Assembly: GCA_964016885.1 (NCBI GenBank)
Contig: OZ024741.1
Span: forward strand, 396,242,001-396,306,000
Source of the DNA: Eledone cirrhosa
Taxonomy: Eukaryota
DNA length: 64,000 nucleotides
Reading direction: 5' to 3'
The notes under the pieces are model-generated. The model ran no database searches, was not told the origin of the DNA, and worked only from the letters and a program-made list of their open reading frames with translations. Below are positions 43,701 to 59,100 of the stretch, in pieces (position 1 is the first letter of the stretch; each line of letters begins with the position of its first letter). Both the position numbers and the translations under genes were made by a program.

Positions 43701-46700
43701 CCACAAGAGTCAAAGTGCATCAATCAGTCACACCACAAGAGTCAAAGTGCATCAATCAGCCACACCACAAGGGTCAAAGTGCATCAATCAGTCACACCAC
43801 AAGGGTCAAAGTGCATCAATCAGTCAGACCACAAGGGTCAAAGTGGATCAATCAGTCACACCACAAGGGTCAAAGTGCATCAATCAGTCACACCACAAGG
43901 GTCAAAGTGCATCAATCAGTCACACCACAAGAGTCAAAGTGCATCAATCAGTCACACCACAAGAGTCAAAGTGCATCAATCAGTCACACCACAAGGGTCA
44001 AATTCCTTCAATCAGTCACACCACAAGGGTCAAAGTGCATCAATCAGTCACACCACAAGAGTTAAAGTGCATCAATCAGTCACACCACAAGAGTCAAAGT
44101 GCATCAATCAGTCACACCACAAGGGTCAAAGTGCATCAATCAGCCACACCACAAGGGTCAAAGTGCATCAATCAGTCACACCACAAGAGTCAAAGTGCAT
44201 CAATCAGTCACACCACAAGAGTCAAAGTGCATCAATCAGTCACACCACAAGGGTCAACGTGCATCAATCAGTATCACGACAAGAGTCAAAGAGCATCAAT
44301 CAGTCACACCACAAGGGTCAACGTGCATCAATCAGTCACACCACAATGTTCAAAGTGCATCAATCAGTCACACCACAAGGGTCAAAGTGCATCAATCAGT
44401 AACACCACAAGAGTCAAAGAGCATCAATCAGTCACACCACAAGGGTCAACGTGCATCAATCAGTCACACCACAAGGGTCAACGTGCATCAATCAGTCACA
44501 CTACAAGGGTCAAAGTGCATCAATCAGTCACACCACAAGGGTCAAAGTGCATCAATCAGTCACACCACAAGGGTCAAAGTGCATCAATCAGCCACACCAC
44601 AAGGGTCAAAGTGCATCAATCAGTCACACCACAAGGGTCAAAGTGCATCAATCAGTCACACCACAAGAGTCAAAGTGCATCAATCAGTCACACCACAAGG
44701 GTCAAAGTGCATCAATCAGTCACCACAAGAGTTAAAGTGCATCAATCAGTCACACCACAAGGGTCAAAGTGCATCAATCAGTCACACCACATGGGTCAAA
44801 GTGCTTCAATCAGTCACACCACAAGGGTGAAAGGACATCAATTGGTCACACCACAAGAGTCAAAGTGCATCAATCAGTCACACCACAAGGGTCAAAGTGC
44901 ATCAATCAGTCACACCACATGGGTCAAAGTGCTACAATCAGTCACACCACAAGGGTGAAAAGACATCAATTGGTCACACCACAAGAGTCAAAGTGCATCA
45001 ATCAGTCACACCACAAGGGTCAAAGTGCATCAATCAGTCACACCACAAGGGTCAAAGTGCTTCAATCAGTCACACCACAAGGGTCAAAGTGCATCAATCA
45101 GTAACACCACAAGAGTCAAAGTGCATCAATCAGTCACACCACAAGGGTCAAAGTGCATCAATCAGTCACACCACAAGGGTCAAAGTGCATCAATCAGCCA
45201 CACCACAAGGGTCAAAGTGCATCAATCAGTCACACCACAAGAGTCAAAGTGCATCAATCAGCCACACCACAAGAGTCAAAGTGCATCAATCAGTTACACC
45301 ACAAGAGTCAAAGTGCATCAATCAGTCACACCACAAGAGTCAAAGTGCATCGATCAGTCACACCACAAGAGTCAAAGTGCATCAATCAGTTACACCACAA
45401 GAGTCAAAGTGCATCAATCAGTCACACCACAAGGGTCAAAGTGCATCAATCAACCACACCACAAGGGTCAAAGTACATCAATCAGTCACACCACAAGAGT
45501 CAAAGTGCATCAATCAGTCACACCACAAGGGTCAAAGTGCATCAATCAGTTACAGCACAAGAGTCAAAGTGCATCAATCAGTCACACCACAAGGGTCAAA
45601 GTGCATCAATCAGCCACACCACAAGGGTCAAAGTGCATCAATCAGTCACACCACAAGAGTCAAAGTGCATCAATCAGTTACACCACAAGAGTCAAAGTGC
45701 ATCAATCAGTCACACCACAAGGGTCAAAGTGCATCAATCAACCACACCACAAGGGTCAAAGTACATCAATCAGTCACACCACAAGGGTCAAATTCCTTCA
45801 ATCAGTCACACCACAAGGGTCAAAGTGCATCAATCAGTCACAGCACAAGAGTCAAAGTGCATCAATCAGTCACACCACAAGGGTCAAAGTGCATCAATCA
45901 GCCACACCACAAGGGTCAAAGTGCATCAATCAGTCACACCACAAGAGTCAAAGTGCATCAATCAGTCACACCACAAGGGTCAAAGTGCATCAATCAGTCA
46001 CACCTCAAGGGTCAAAGTGCATCAATCAGTCACACCACAAGAGTCAAAATGCATCAATCAGTCACACCACAAGAGTCAAAGTGCATCAATCAGTCATACC
46101 ACAAGGGTCAAATTCCTTCAATCAGTCACACCACAAGGGTCAAAGTGCATCAATCAGTCACACCACAAGGGTCAAAGTGCATCAATCAGTCACACCACAA
46201 GAGTCAAATTGCTTCAATCAGTCACACCACAAGGGTCAAATTCCTTCAATCAGTCACACCACAAGGGTCAAAGTGCATCAATCAGTCACACCACAAGGGT
46301 CAAAATGCATCAATCAGTCACACCACAAGGGTCAAAGTCCTTCAATCAGTCACACCACAAGGGTCAAAGTGCATCAATCAGTCACACCACAAGGGTCAAA
46401 CTGCATCAATCAGTCACACCACAAGGGTCAAAGTGCATCAATCAGTCACACCACAAGGGTCAAAGTGCATCAATCAGTCACACCACAAGGGTCAAAGTGT
46501 TTCAATCAGTCACACCACAAGGGTCAAAGTACATCAATCAGTCACACCACAAGGGTCAAAGTGCATCAATCAGTCACACCACAAGAGTCAAAGTGCATCA
46601 ATCAGTCACACCACAAGGGTCAAAGTGCATCAATCAGTCACACCACAAGGGTCAAAGTGCATCAATCAGTCACACCACAAGAGTCAAAGTGCATCAATCA

Positions 46701-49700
46701 GTCACACCACAAGGGTCAAATTCCTTCAATCAGTCACACCACAAGAGTCAAAGTGCATCAATCAGTCACACCACAAGGGTCAAAGTGCATCAATCAGTTA
46801 CACCACAAGCGTCAAAGTGCATCAATCAGTCACACCACAAGGGTCAAATTCCTTCAATCAGTCACACAACAAGGGTCAAAGTGCATCAATCAGTCACACC
46901 ACAAGAGTCAAAGTGCATCAATCAGTCACACAACAAGGGTCAAAGTGCATCAATCAGCCACACCACAAGGGTCAAAGTGCATCAATCAGTTACACCACAA
47001 GGGTCAAAGTGCATCAATAAGTCACACCACAAGAGTCAAAGTGCATCAATCAGTCACACCACAAGGGTCAAAGTGCATCAATCAGTCACACCACAAGGGT
47101 CAAAGTGCATCAATCAGTCACACCACAAGGGTCAAAGTGCATCAATCAGTCACACCACAAGGGTCAAAGTGCATCAATCAGTCACACCACAAGGGTCGAA
47201 GTGCATCAATCAGTCACACCACAAGGGTCAAATTCCTTCATTCAGTCACACCACAAGGGTCAAAGTGCATCAATCAGTCACACCACAAGTGTCAAAGTGC
47301 ATCAATCAGACACACCACAAGGGTCAAAGTGCATCAATCAGTCACACCACAAGGGTCAAAGTGCATCACAGTCACACCACATGGGTCAAAGTGCATCAAT
47401 CAGTCACACCACAAGAGTCAAAGTGCATCAATCAGTCACACCACAAGAGTCAAAGTGCATCAATCAGCCACACCACAAGGGTCAAAGTGCATCAATCAGT
47501 CACACCACAAGGGTCAAAGTGCATCAATCAGTCAGACCACAAGGGTCAAAGTGGATCAATCAGTCACACCACAAGGGTCAAAGTGCATCAATCAGTCACA
47601 CCACAAGGGTCAAAGTGCATCAATCAGTCACACCACAATAGTCAAAGTGCATCAATCAGTCACACCACAAGAGTCAAAGTGCATCAATCAGTCACACCAC
47701 AAGGGTCAAATTCCTTCAATCAGTCACACCACAAGGGTCAAAGTGCATCAATCAGTCACACCACAAGAGTTAAAGTGCATCAATCAGTCACACCACAAGA
47801 GTCAAAGTGCATCAATCAGTCACACCACAAGGGTCAAAGTGCATCAATCAGCCACACCACAAGGGTCAAAGTGCATCAATCAGTCACACCACAAGAGTCA
47901 AAGTGCATCAATCAGTCACACCACAAGAGTCAAAGTGCATCAATCAGTCACACCACAAGGGTCAACGTGCATCAATCAGTATCACGACAAGAGTCAAAGA
48001 GCATCAATCAGTCACACCACAAGGGTCAACGTGCATCAATCAGTCACACCACAAGGTTCAAAGTGCATCAATCAGTCACACCACAAGGGTCAAAGTGCAT
48101 CAATCAGTAACACCACAAGAGTCAAAGAGCATCAATCAGTCACACCACAAGGGTCAAAGTGCATCAATCAGTCACACCACAAGGGTCAAATTCCTTCAAT
48201 CAGTCACACCACAAGGGTCAAAGTGCATCAATCAGTCACACCACAAGAGTCAAAGTGCATCAATCAGTCACACAACAAGGGTCAAAGTGCATCAATCAGC
48301 CACACCACAAGGGTCAAAGTGCATCAATCAGTCACACCACAAGGGTCAAAGTGCATCAATAAGTCACACCACAAGAGTCAAAGTGTATCAATCAGTCACA
48401 CCACAAGGGTCAAAGTGCATCAATCAGTCACACCACAAGGGTCAAAGTGCATCAATCAGTCACACCACAAGGGTCAAAGTGCATCAATCAGTCACACCAC
48501 AAGGGTCAAAGTGCATCAATCAGTCACACCACAAGGGTCGAAGTGCATCAATCAGTCACACCACAAGGGTCAAATTCCTTCATTCAGTCACACCACAAGG
48601 GTCAAAGTGCATCAATCAGTCACACCACAAGTGTCAAAGTGCATCAATCAGACACACCACAAGGGTCAAAGTGCATCAATCAGTCACACCACAAGGGTCA
48701 AAGTGCATCACAGTCACACCACATGGGTCAAAGTGCATCAATCAGTCACACCACAAGAGTCAAAGTGCATCAATCAGTCACACCACAAGAGTCAAAGTGC
48801 ATCAATCAGCCACACCACAAGGGTCAAAGTGCATCAATCAGTCACACCACAAGGGTCAAAGTGCATCAATCAGTCAGACCACAAGGGTCAAAGTGGATCA
48901 ATCAGTCACACCACAAGGGTCAAAGTGCATCAATCAGTCACACCACAAGGGTCAAAGTGCATCAATCAGTCACACCACAAGAGTCAAAGTGCATCAATCA
49001 GTCACACCACAAGAGTCAAAGTGCATCAATCAGTCACACCACAAGGGTCAAATTCCTTCAATCAGTCACACCACAAGGGTCAAAGTGCATCAATCAGTCA
49101 CACCACAAGAGTTAAAGTGCATCAATCAGTCACACCACAAGAGTCAAAGTGCATCAATCAGTCACACCACAAGGGTCAAAGTGCATCAATCAGCCACACC
49201 ACAAGGGTCAAAGTGCATCAATCAGTCACACCACAAGAGTCAAAGTGCATCAATCAGTCACACCACAAGAGTCAAAGTGCATCAATCAGTCACACCACAA
49301 GGGTCAACGTGCATCAATCAGTATCACGACAAGAGTCAAAGAGCATCAATCAGTCACACCACAAGGGTCAACGTGCATCAATCAGTCACACCACAATGTT
49401 CAAAGTGCATCAATCAGTCACACCACAAGGGTCAAAGTGCATCAATCAGTAACACCACAAGAGTCAAAGAGCATCAATCAGTCACACCACAAGGGTCAAC
49501 GTGCATCAATCAGTCACACCACAAGGGTCAACGTGCATCAATCAGTCACACTACAAGGGTCAAAGTGCATCAATCAGTCACACCACAAGGGTCAAAGTGC
49601 ATCAATCAGCCACACCACAAGGGTCAAAGTGCATCAATCAGTCACACCACAAGGGTCAAAGTGCATCAATCAGCCACACCACAAGGGTCAAAGTGCATCA

Positions 49701-50190
49701 ATCAGTCACACCACAAGGGTCAAAGTGCATCAATCAGTCACACCACAAGAGTCAAAGTGCATCAATCAGTCACACCACAAGGGTCAAAGTGCATCAATCA
49801 GTCACCACAAGAGTTAAAGTGCATCAATCAGTCACACCACAAGGGTCAAAGTGCATCAATCAGTCACACCACATGGGTCAAAGTGCTTCAATCAGTCACA
49901 CCACAAGGGTGAAAGGACATCAATTGGTCACACCACAAGAGTCAAAGTGCATCAATCAGTCACACCACAAGGGTCAAAGTGCATCAATCAGTCACACCAC
50001 ATGGGTCAAAGTGCTACAATCAGTCACACCACAAGGGTGAAAAGACATCAATTGGTCACACCACAAGAGTCAAAGTGCATCAATCAGTCACACCACAAGG
50101 GTCAAAGTGCATCAATCAGTCACACCACAAGGGTCAAAGTGCTTCAATCAGTCACACCACAAGGGTCAAAGTGCATCAATCAGTAACACC
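40741..50190 (+). repeat. HOR domain 5: two copies of a 5050-5082-bp unit, each containing an internal 1342-bp (42-monomer) tandem duplication
   Basis: ORFs 42055/47105, 42757/47807, 43109/48159, 43397/48447 and 44099/49149 are offset by 5050; 44769/49851 and 44897/49979 by 5082. ORFs 42055/43397 and 47105/48447 are offset by 1342. 5050 = 158x32 - 6, matching three 30-bp monomers. Confidence 0.9.
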
Positions 50191-53100
50191 ACAAGAGTCA
50201 AAGAGCATCAATCAGTCACACCACAAGGGTCAACGTGCATCAATCAGTCACACCACAAGGGTCAAAGTGCATCAATCAGTCACACCACAAGAGTCAAAGT
50301 GCATCAATCAGTCACACCACAAGGGTCAAAGTGCATCAATCAGTCACACCACAAGGGTCAAAGTGCATCAATCAGCCACACCACAAGGGTCAAAGTGCAT
50401 CAATCAGTCACACCACAAGAGTCAAAGTGCATCAATCAGCCACACCACAAGAGTCAAAGTGCATCAATCAGTTACACCACAAGAGTCAAAGTGCATCAAT
50501 CAGTCACACCACAAGAGTCAAAGTGCATCGATCAGTCACACCACAAGAGTCAAAGTGCATCAATCAGTTACACCACAAGAGTCAAAGTGCATCAATCAGT
50601 CACACCACAAGGGTCAAAGTGCATCAATCAACCACACCACAAGGGTCAAAGTACATCAATCAGTCACACCACAAGAGTCAAAGTGCATCAATCAGTCACA
50701 CCACAAGGGTCAAAGTGCATCAATCAGTTACACCACAAGAGTCAAAGTGCATCAATCAGTTACACCACAAGAGTCAAAGTGCATCAATCAGTCACACCAC
50801 AAGAGTCAAAGTGCATCAATCAATCACACCACAAGGGTCAAAGTGCATCAATCAGTCACACCACAAGGGTCAAAGTGCATCAATCAGTCACACCACAAGA
50901 GTCAAAGTGCATCAATCAGTCACACCACAAGGGTCAAAGTGCATCAATCAGTTACACCACAAGAGTCAATGTGCATCAATCAGTTACACCACAAGAGTCA
51001 AAGTGCATCAATCAGACACACCACAAGGGTCAAAGTGCATCAATCAGTTACACCACAAGAGTCAAAGTGCATCAATCAGTTACACCACAAGAGTCAAAGT
51101 GCATCAATCAGTCACACCACAAGAGTCAAAGTGCATCAATCAGTCACACCACAAGGGTCAAAGTGCATCAATCAGTCACACCACAAGGGTCAAAGTGCAT
51201 CAATCAGTCACACCACAAGAGTCAAAGTGCATCAATCAGTCACACCACAAGGGTCAAAGTGCATCAATCAGTCACACCACAAGGGTCAAAGTGCATCAAT
51301 CAGTCACACCACAAGGGTCAAAGTGCATCAATCAGTCACACCACAAGAGTCAAAGTGCATCAATCAGTCACACCACAAGGGTCAAATTCCTTCAATCAGT
51401 CACACCACAAGAGTCAAAGTGCATCAATCAGTCACACCACAAGGGTCAAAGTGCATCAATCAGTCACAGCACAAGGGTCAAAGTGTTTCAATCAGTCACA
51501 CCACAAGGGTCAAAGTGCATCAATCAGTCACACCACAAGGGTCAAAGTGTTTCAATCAGTCACACCACAAGGGTCAAAGTGCATCAATCAGTCACACCAC
51601 AAGAGTCAAAGTGCATCAATCAGTTACACCACAAGGGTCAAAGTGCATCAATCAGTCACACCACAAGGGTCAAAGTGTTTCAATCAGTCACACCACAAGG
51701 TCAAAGTGCATCAATCAGTCACACCACAAGGGTTAAAGTGCATCAATCAGTCACACCACAAGGGTCAAAGTGCATCAATCAGTCACACCACAAGGGTCAA
51801 ATTCATTCAATCAGTCACACCACAATGGTCAAATTGTTTCAATCAGTCACACCACAAGGGTCAAAGTGCATCAATCAGTCACACCACTACGGTCAAAGTG
51901 CATCAATCAGTCACACCACAAGGGTCAAATTCCTTCAATCAGTCACACCACAAGAGTCAAAGTGCATCAATCAGCCACACCACAAGAGTCAAAGTGCATC
52001 AATCAGTTACACCACAAGAGTCAAAGTGCATCAATCAGTCACACCACAAGAGTCAAAGTGCATCGATCAGTCACACCACAAGAGTCAAAGTGCATCAATC
52101 AGTTACACCACAAGAGTCAAAGTGCATCAATCAGTCACACCACAAGGGTCAAAGTGCATCGATCAGCCACAGCACAAGGGTCAAAGTGCATCAATCAGTT
52201 ACACCACAAGAGTCAAAGTGCATCAATCAGTCACACCACAAGAGTCAAAGTGCATCAATCAATCACACCACAAGGGTCAAAGTGCATCAATCAGTCACAC
52301 CACAAGGGTCAAAGTACATCAATCAGTCACACCACAAGAATCAAAGTGCATCAATCAGTTACACCACAAGGGTCAAAGTGCATCAATCAGTTACACCACA
52401 AGAGTCAAAGTGCATCAATCAGTTACACCACAAGAGTCAAAGTGCATCAATCAGTCACACCACAAGAGTCAAAGTGCATCAATCAGTCACACCACAAGGG
52501 TCAAAGTGTTTCAATCAGTCACACCACAAGGGTCAAAGTGCATCAATCAGTCACACCACAAGGGTCAAAGTATTTCAATCAGTCACACCACAAGGGTCAA
52601 AGTGCATCAATCAGTCACACCACAAGAGTGAAAGTGCATCAATCAGTCACACCACAAGGGTCAAAGTGCATCAATCAGTCACACCACAAGGGTCAAATTC
52701 CTTCAATCAGTCACACCACAAGGGTCAAAGTGCATCAATCAGTCACACCACAAGGGTCAAATTCCTTCAATCAGTCACACCACAAGGGTCAAAGTTCATC
52801 AATCAGTCACACCACAAGAGTCAAAGTGCTTCAATCAGTCACACCACAAGGGTCAAATTCCTTCAATCAGTCACACCACAAGGGTCAAAGTGCATCAATC
52901 AGTCACACCACAAGAGTCAAAGTGCATCAATCAGTCACACCACAAGAGTCAAAGTGCATCAATCAGCCACACCACAAGGGTCAAAGTGCATCAATCAGTC
53001 ACACCACAAGAGTCAAAGTGCATCAATCAGTCACACCACAAGAGTCAAAGTGCATCAATCAGTGACACCACAAGGGTCAAAGTGCTTCAATCAGTCACAC

Positions 53101-56100
53101 CACAAGAGTCAAAGTGCATCAATCAGTCACACCACATGGGTCAAAGTGCTTCAATCAGTCACACCACAAGGGTGAAAGGACATCAATTGGTCACACCACA
53201 AGAGTCAAAGTGCATCAATCAGTCACACCACAAGGGTCAAAGTGCATCAATCAGTCACACCACAAGGGTCAAAGTGCTTCAATCAGTCACACCACAAGGG
53301 TCAAAGTGCATCAATCAGTAACACCACAAGAGTCAAAGAGCATCAATCAGTCACACCACAAGGGTCAACGTGCATCAATCAGTCACACCACAAGGGTCAA
53401 AGTGCATCAATCAGTCACACCACAAGGGTCAAAGTGCATCAATCAGTCACACAACAAGGGTCAAAGTGCATCAATCAGCCACACCACAAGGGTCAAAGTG
53501 CATCAATCAGTGACACCACAAGAGTCAAAGTGCATCAATCAGTCACACCACAAGGGTCAAAGTGCATCAATCAGTCACACCACAAGGGTCAAAGTGCATC
53601 AATCAGTCACACCACAAGAGTCAAAGTGCATCAATCAGTCACACCACAAGGGTCAAAGTGCATCAATCAGTCACACCACAAGGGTCAAAGTGCATCAATC
53701 AGTCACACCACAAGGGTCAAAGTGCATCAATCAGTCACACCACAAGAGTCAAAGTGCATCAATCAGTCACACCACAAGGGTCAAATTCCTTCAATCAGTC
53801 ACACCACAAGAGTCAAAGTGCATCAATCAGTCACACCACAAGGGTCAATGTGCATCAATCAGTCACAGCACAAGGGTCAAAGTGTTTCAATCAGTCACAC
53901 CACAAGGGTCAAAGTGCATCAATCAGTCACACCACAAGGGTCAAAGTGTTTCAATCAGTCACACCACAAGGGTCAAAGTGCATCAATCAGTCACACCACA
54001 AGAGTCAAAGTGCATCAATCAGTCACACCACAAGGGTCAAAGTGCATCAATCAGTCACACCACAAGGGTCAAAGTGTTTCAATCAGTCACACCACAAGGG
54101 TCAAAGTGCATCAATCAGTCACACCACAAGGGTTAAAGTGCATCAATCAGTCACACCACAAGGGTCAAAGTGCATCAATCAGTCACACCACAAGGGTCAA
54201 ATTCCTTCAATCAGTCACACCACAAGGGTCAAATTGTTTCAATCAGTCACACCACAAGGGTCAAAGTGCATCAATCAGTCACACCACTAGGGTCAAAGTG
54301 CATCAATCAGTCACACCACAAGGGTCAAATTCCTTCAATCAGTCACACCACAAGAGTCAAAGTGCATCAATCAGCCACACCACAAGAGTCAAAGTGCATC
54401 AATCAGTTACACCACAAGAGTCAAAGTGCATCAATCAGTCACACCACAAGAGTCAAAGTGCATCGATCAGTCACACCACAAGAGTCAAAATGCATCAATC
54501 AGTTACACCACAAGAGTCAAAGTGCATCAATCAGTCACACCACAAGGGTCAAAGTGCATCGATCAGCCACAGCACAAGGGTCAAAGTGCATCAATCAGTT
54601 ACACCACAAGAGTCAAAGTGCATCAATCAGTCACACCACAAGAGTCAAAGTGCATCAATCAATCACACCACAAGGGTCAAAGTGCATCAATCAGTCACAC
54701 CACAAGAATCAAAGTGCATCAATCAGTTACACCACAAGGGTCAAAGTGCATCAATCAGTTACACCACAAGAGTCAAAGTGCATCAATCAGTTACACCACA
54801 AGAGTCAAAGTGCATCAATCAGTCACACCACAAGAGTCAAAGTGCATCAATCAGTCACGCCACAAGGGTCAAAGTGTTTCAATCAGTCACACCACAAGGG
54901 TCAAAGTGCATCAATCAGTCACACCACAAGGGTCAAAGTATTTCAATCAGTCACACCACAAGGGTCAAAGTGCATCAATCAGTCACACCACAAGAGTGAA
55001 AGTGCATCAATCAGTCACACCAGAAGGGTCAAAGTACATCAATCAGTCACACCACAAGAATCAAAGTGCATCAATCAGTTACACCACAAGGGTCAAAGTG
55101 CATCAATCAGTTACACCACAAGAGTCAAAGTGCATCAATCAGTTACACCACAAGAGTCAAAGTGCATCAATCAGTCACACCACAAGAGTCAAAGTGCATC
55201 AATCAGTCACACCACAAGGGTCAAAGTGTTTCAATCAGTCACACCACAAGGGTCAAAGTGCATCAATCAGTCACACCACAAGGGTCAAAGTATTTCAATC
55301 AGTCACACCACAAGGGTCAAAGTGCATCAATCAGTCACACCACAAGAGTGAAAGTGCATCAATCAGTCACACCACAAGGGTCAAAGTGCATCAATCAGTC
55401 ACACCACAAGGGTCAAATTCCTTCAATCAGTCACACCACAAGGGTCAAAGTGCATCAATCAGTCACACCACAAGGGTCAAATTCCTTCAATCAGTCACAC
55501 CACAAGGGTCAAAGTGCATCAATCAGTCACACCACAAGAGTCAAAGTGCTTCAATCAGTCACACCACAAGGGTCAAATTCCTTCAATCAGTCACACCACA
55601 AGGGTCAAAGTGCATCAATCAGTCACACCACAAGAGTCAAAGTGCATCAATCAGTCACACCACAAGGGTCAAAGTGCATCAATCAGTCACACCACAAGAG
55701 TCAAAGTGCATCAATCAGTCACACCACAAGGGTCAAAGTGCATCAATCAGTCACACCACAAGGGTCAAAAATGCATCAATCAGTCACACCACAAGGGTCA
55801 AAGTGCATCAATCAGTCACACCACAAGAGTCAAAGTGCATCAATCAGTCACACCACAAGGGTCAAATTCCTTCAATCAGTCACACCACAAGAGTCAAAGT
55901 GCATCAATCAGTCACACCACAAGGGTCAAAGTGCATCAATCAGTCACAGCACAAGGGTCAAAGTGTTTCAATCAGTCACACCACAAGGGGCAAAGTGCAT
56001 CAATCAGTCACACCACAAGGGTCAAAGTGTTTCAATCAGTCACACCACAAGGGTCAAAGTGCATCAATCAGTCACACCACAAGAGTCAAAGTGCATCAAT

Positions 56101-59100
56101 CAGTCACACCACAAGGGTCAAAGTGCATCAATCAGTCACACCACAAGGGTCAAAGTGTTTCAATCAGTCACACCACAAGGGTCAAAGTGCATCAATCAGT
56201 CACACCACAAGGGTTAAAGTGCATCAATCAGTCACACCACAAGGGTCAAAGTGCATCAATCAGTCACACCACAAGGGTTAAATTGTTTCAATCAGTCACA
56301 CCACAAGGGTCAAAGTGCATCAATCAGTCACACCACTAGGGTCAAAGTGCATCGATCAGTCACACCACAAGGGTCAAATTCCTTCAATCAGTCACACCAC
56401 AAGAGTCAAAGTGCATCAATCAGCCACACCACAAGAGTCAAAGTGCATCAATCAGTTACACCACAAGAGTCAAAGTGCATCAATCAGTCACACCACAAGA
56501 GTCAAAGTGCATCGATCAGTCACACCACAAGAGTCAAAGTGCATCAATCAGTTACACCACAAGAGTCAAAGTGCATCAATCAGTCACACCACAAGGGTCA
56601 AAGTGCATCGATCAGCCACAGCACAAGGGTCAAAGTGCATCAATCAGTTACACCACAAGAGTCAAAGTGCATCAATCAGTCACACCACAAGAGTCAAAGT
56701 GCATCAATCAATCACACCACAAGGGTCAAAGTGCATCAATCAGTCACACCACAAGGGTCAAAGTACATCAATCAGTCACACCACAAGAATCAAAGTGCAT
56801 CAATCAGTTACACCACAAGGGTCAAAGTGCATCAATCAGTTACACCACAAGAGTCAAAGTGCATCAATCAGTTACACCACAAGAGTCAAAGTGCATCAAT
56901 CAGTCACACCACAAGAGTCAAAGTGCATCAATCAGTCACACCACAAGGGTCAAAGTGTTTCAATCAGTCACACCACAAGGGTCAAAGTGCATCAATCAGT
57001 CACATCACAAGGGTCAAAGTATTTCAATCAGTCACACCACAAGGGTCAAAGTGCATCAATCAGTCACACCACAAGAGTGAAAGTGCATCAATCAGTCACA
57101 CCACAAGGGTCAAAGTGCATCAATCAGTCACACCACAAGGGTCAAATTCCTTCAATCAGTCACACCACAAGGGTCAAAGTGCATCAATCAGTCACACCAC
57201 AAGGGTCAAATTCCTTCAATCAGTCACACCACAAGGGTCAAAGTGCATCAATCAGTCACACCACAAGAGTCAAAGTGCATCAATCAGTCACACCACAAGG
57301 GTCAAAGTGCATCAATCAGCCACACCACAAGGGTCAAAGTGCATCAATCAGTCACACCACAATAGTCAAAGTGCATCAATCAGTCACACCACAAGGGTCA
57401 AAGTGCATCAATCAGTCACACCACAGGAGTCAAAGTGCATCAATCAGTTACACCACAAGAGTCAAAGTGCATCAATCAGTCACACCACTAGGGTCAAAGT
57501 GCATCAATCAGTCACACCACAAGGGTCAAATTCCTTCAATCAGTCACACCACAAGGGTCAAATTGCATCAATCAGTCACACCACAAGGGTCAAAGTGTTT
57601 CAATCAGTCACACCACAAGGGTCAAAGTGCATCAATCAGTCACACCACAAGGGTCAAAGTGTTTCAATCAGTCACACCACAAGGGTCAAAGTGAATCAAT
57701 CAGTCACACCACAAGAGTCAAAGTGCATCAATCAGTGACACCACAAGGGTCAAAGTGCTTCAATCAGTCACACCACAAGAGTCAAAGTGCATCAATCAGT
57801 CACACCACATGGGTCAAAGTGCTTCAATCAGTCACACCACAAGGGTGAAAGGACATCAATTGGTCACACCACAAGAGTCAAAGTGCATCAATCAGTCACA
57901 CCACAAGGGTCAAAGTGCATCATCAATCAGTCACACCACAAGGGTCAAAGTGCATCAATCAGTAACACCACAAGAGTCAAAGAGCATCAATCAGTCACAC
58001 CACAAGGGTCAACGTGCATCAATCAGTCACACCACAAGGGTCAAAGTGCATCAATCAGTCACACCACAAGGGTCAAAGTGCATCAATCAGTCACACAACA
58101 AGGGTCAAAGTGCATCAATCAGCCACACCACAAGGGTCAAAGTGCATCAATCAGTCACACCACAAGAGTCAAAGTGCATCAATCAGCCACACCACAAGAG
58201 TCAAAGTGCATCAATCAGTTACACCACAAGAGTCAAAGTGCATCAATCAGTCACACCACAAGAGTCAAAGTGCATCGATCAGTCACACCACAAGAGTCAA
58301 AGTGCATCAATCAGTTACACCACAAGAGTCAAAGTGCATCAATCAGTCACACCACAAGGGTCAAAGTGCATCAATCAACCACACCACAAGGGTCAAAGTA
58401 CATCAATCAGTCACACCTCAAGAGTCAAAGTGCATCAATCAGTCACACCACAAGGGTCAAAGTGCATCAATCAGTTACACCACAAGAGTCAAAGTGCATC
58501 AATCAGTTACACCACAAGAGTCAAAGTGCATCAATCAGTCACACCACAAGAGTCAAAGTGCATCAATCAATCAATCACACCACAAGGGTCAAAGTGCATC
58601 AATCAGTCACACCACAAGGGTCAAAGTGCATCAATCAGTCACACCACAAGAGTCAAAGTGCATCAATCAGTTACACCACAAGAGTCAAAGTGCATCAATC
58701 AGTCACACCACAAGAGTCAAAGTGCATCAATCAGACACACCACAAGGGTCAAAGTGCATCAATCAGTTACACCACAAGAGTCAAAGTGCATCAATCAGAC
58801 ACACCACAAGGGTCAAAGTGCATCAATCAGTTACACCACAAGAGTCAAAGTGCATCAATCAGTCACACCACAAGGGTCAAAGTGCATCAATCAGTCACAC
58901 CACAAGGGTCAAAGTGCATCAATCAGTCACACCACAAGAGTCAAAGTGCATCAATCAGTCACACCACAAGGGTCAAAGTGCATCAATCAGTCACACCACA
59001 AGGGTCAAAGTGCATCAATCAGTCACACCACAAGGGTCAAAGTGCATCAATCAGTCACACCACAAGAGTCAAAGTGCATCAATCAGTCACACCACAAGGG

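Noticed and set aside
30463-52798. Improved nuclear-receptor sites in single monomers (CAAGGTCA at 30463 and 51696; GGGTCAAAGTTCA at 52786)
   Set aside because: Isolated one-base variants among ~2,000 monomers, expected by chance and not amplified.
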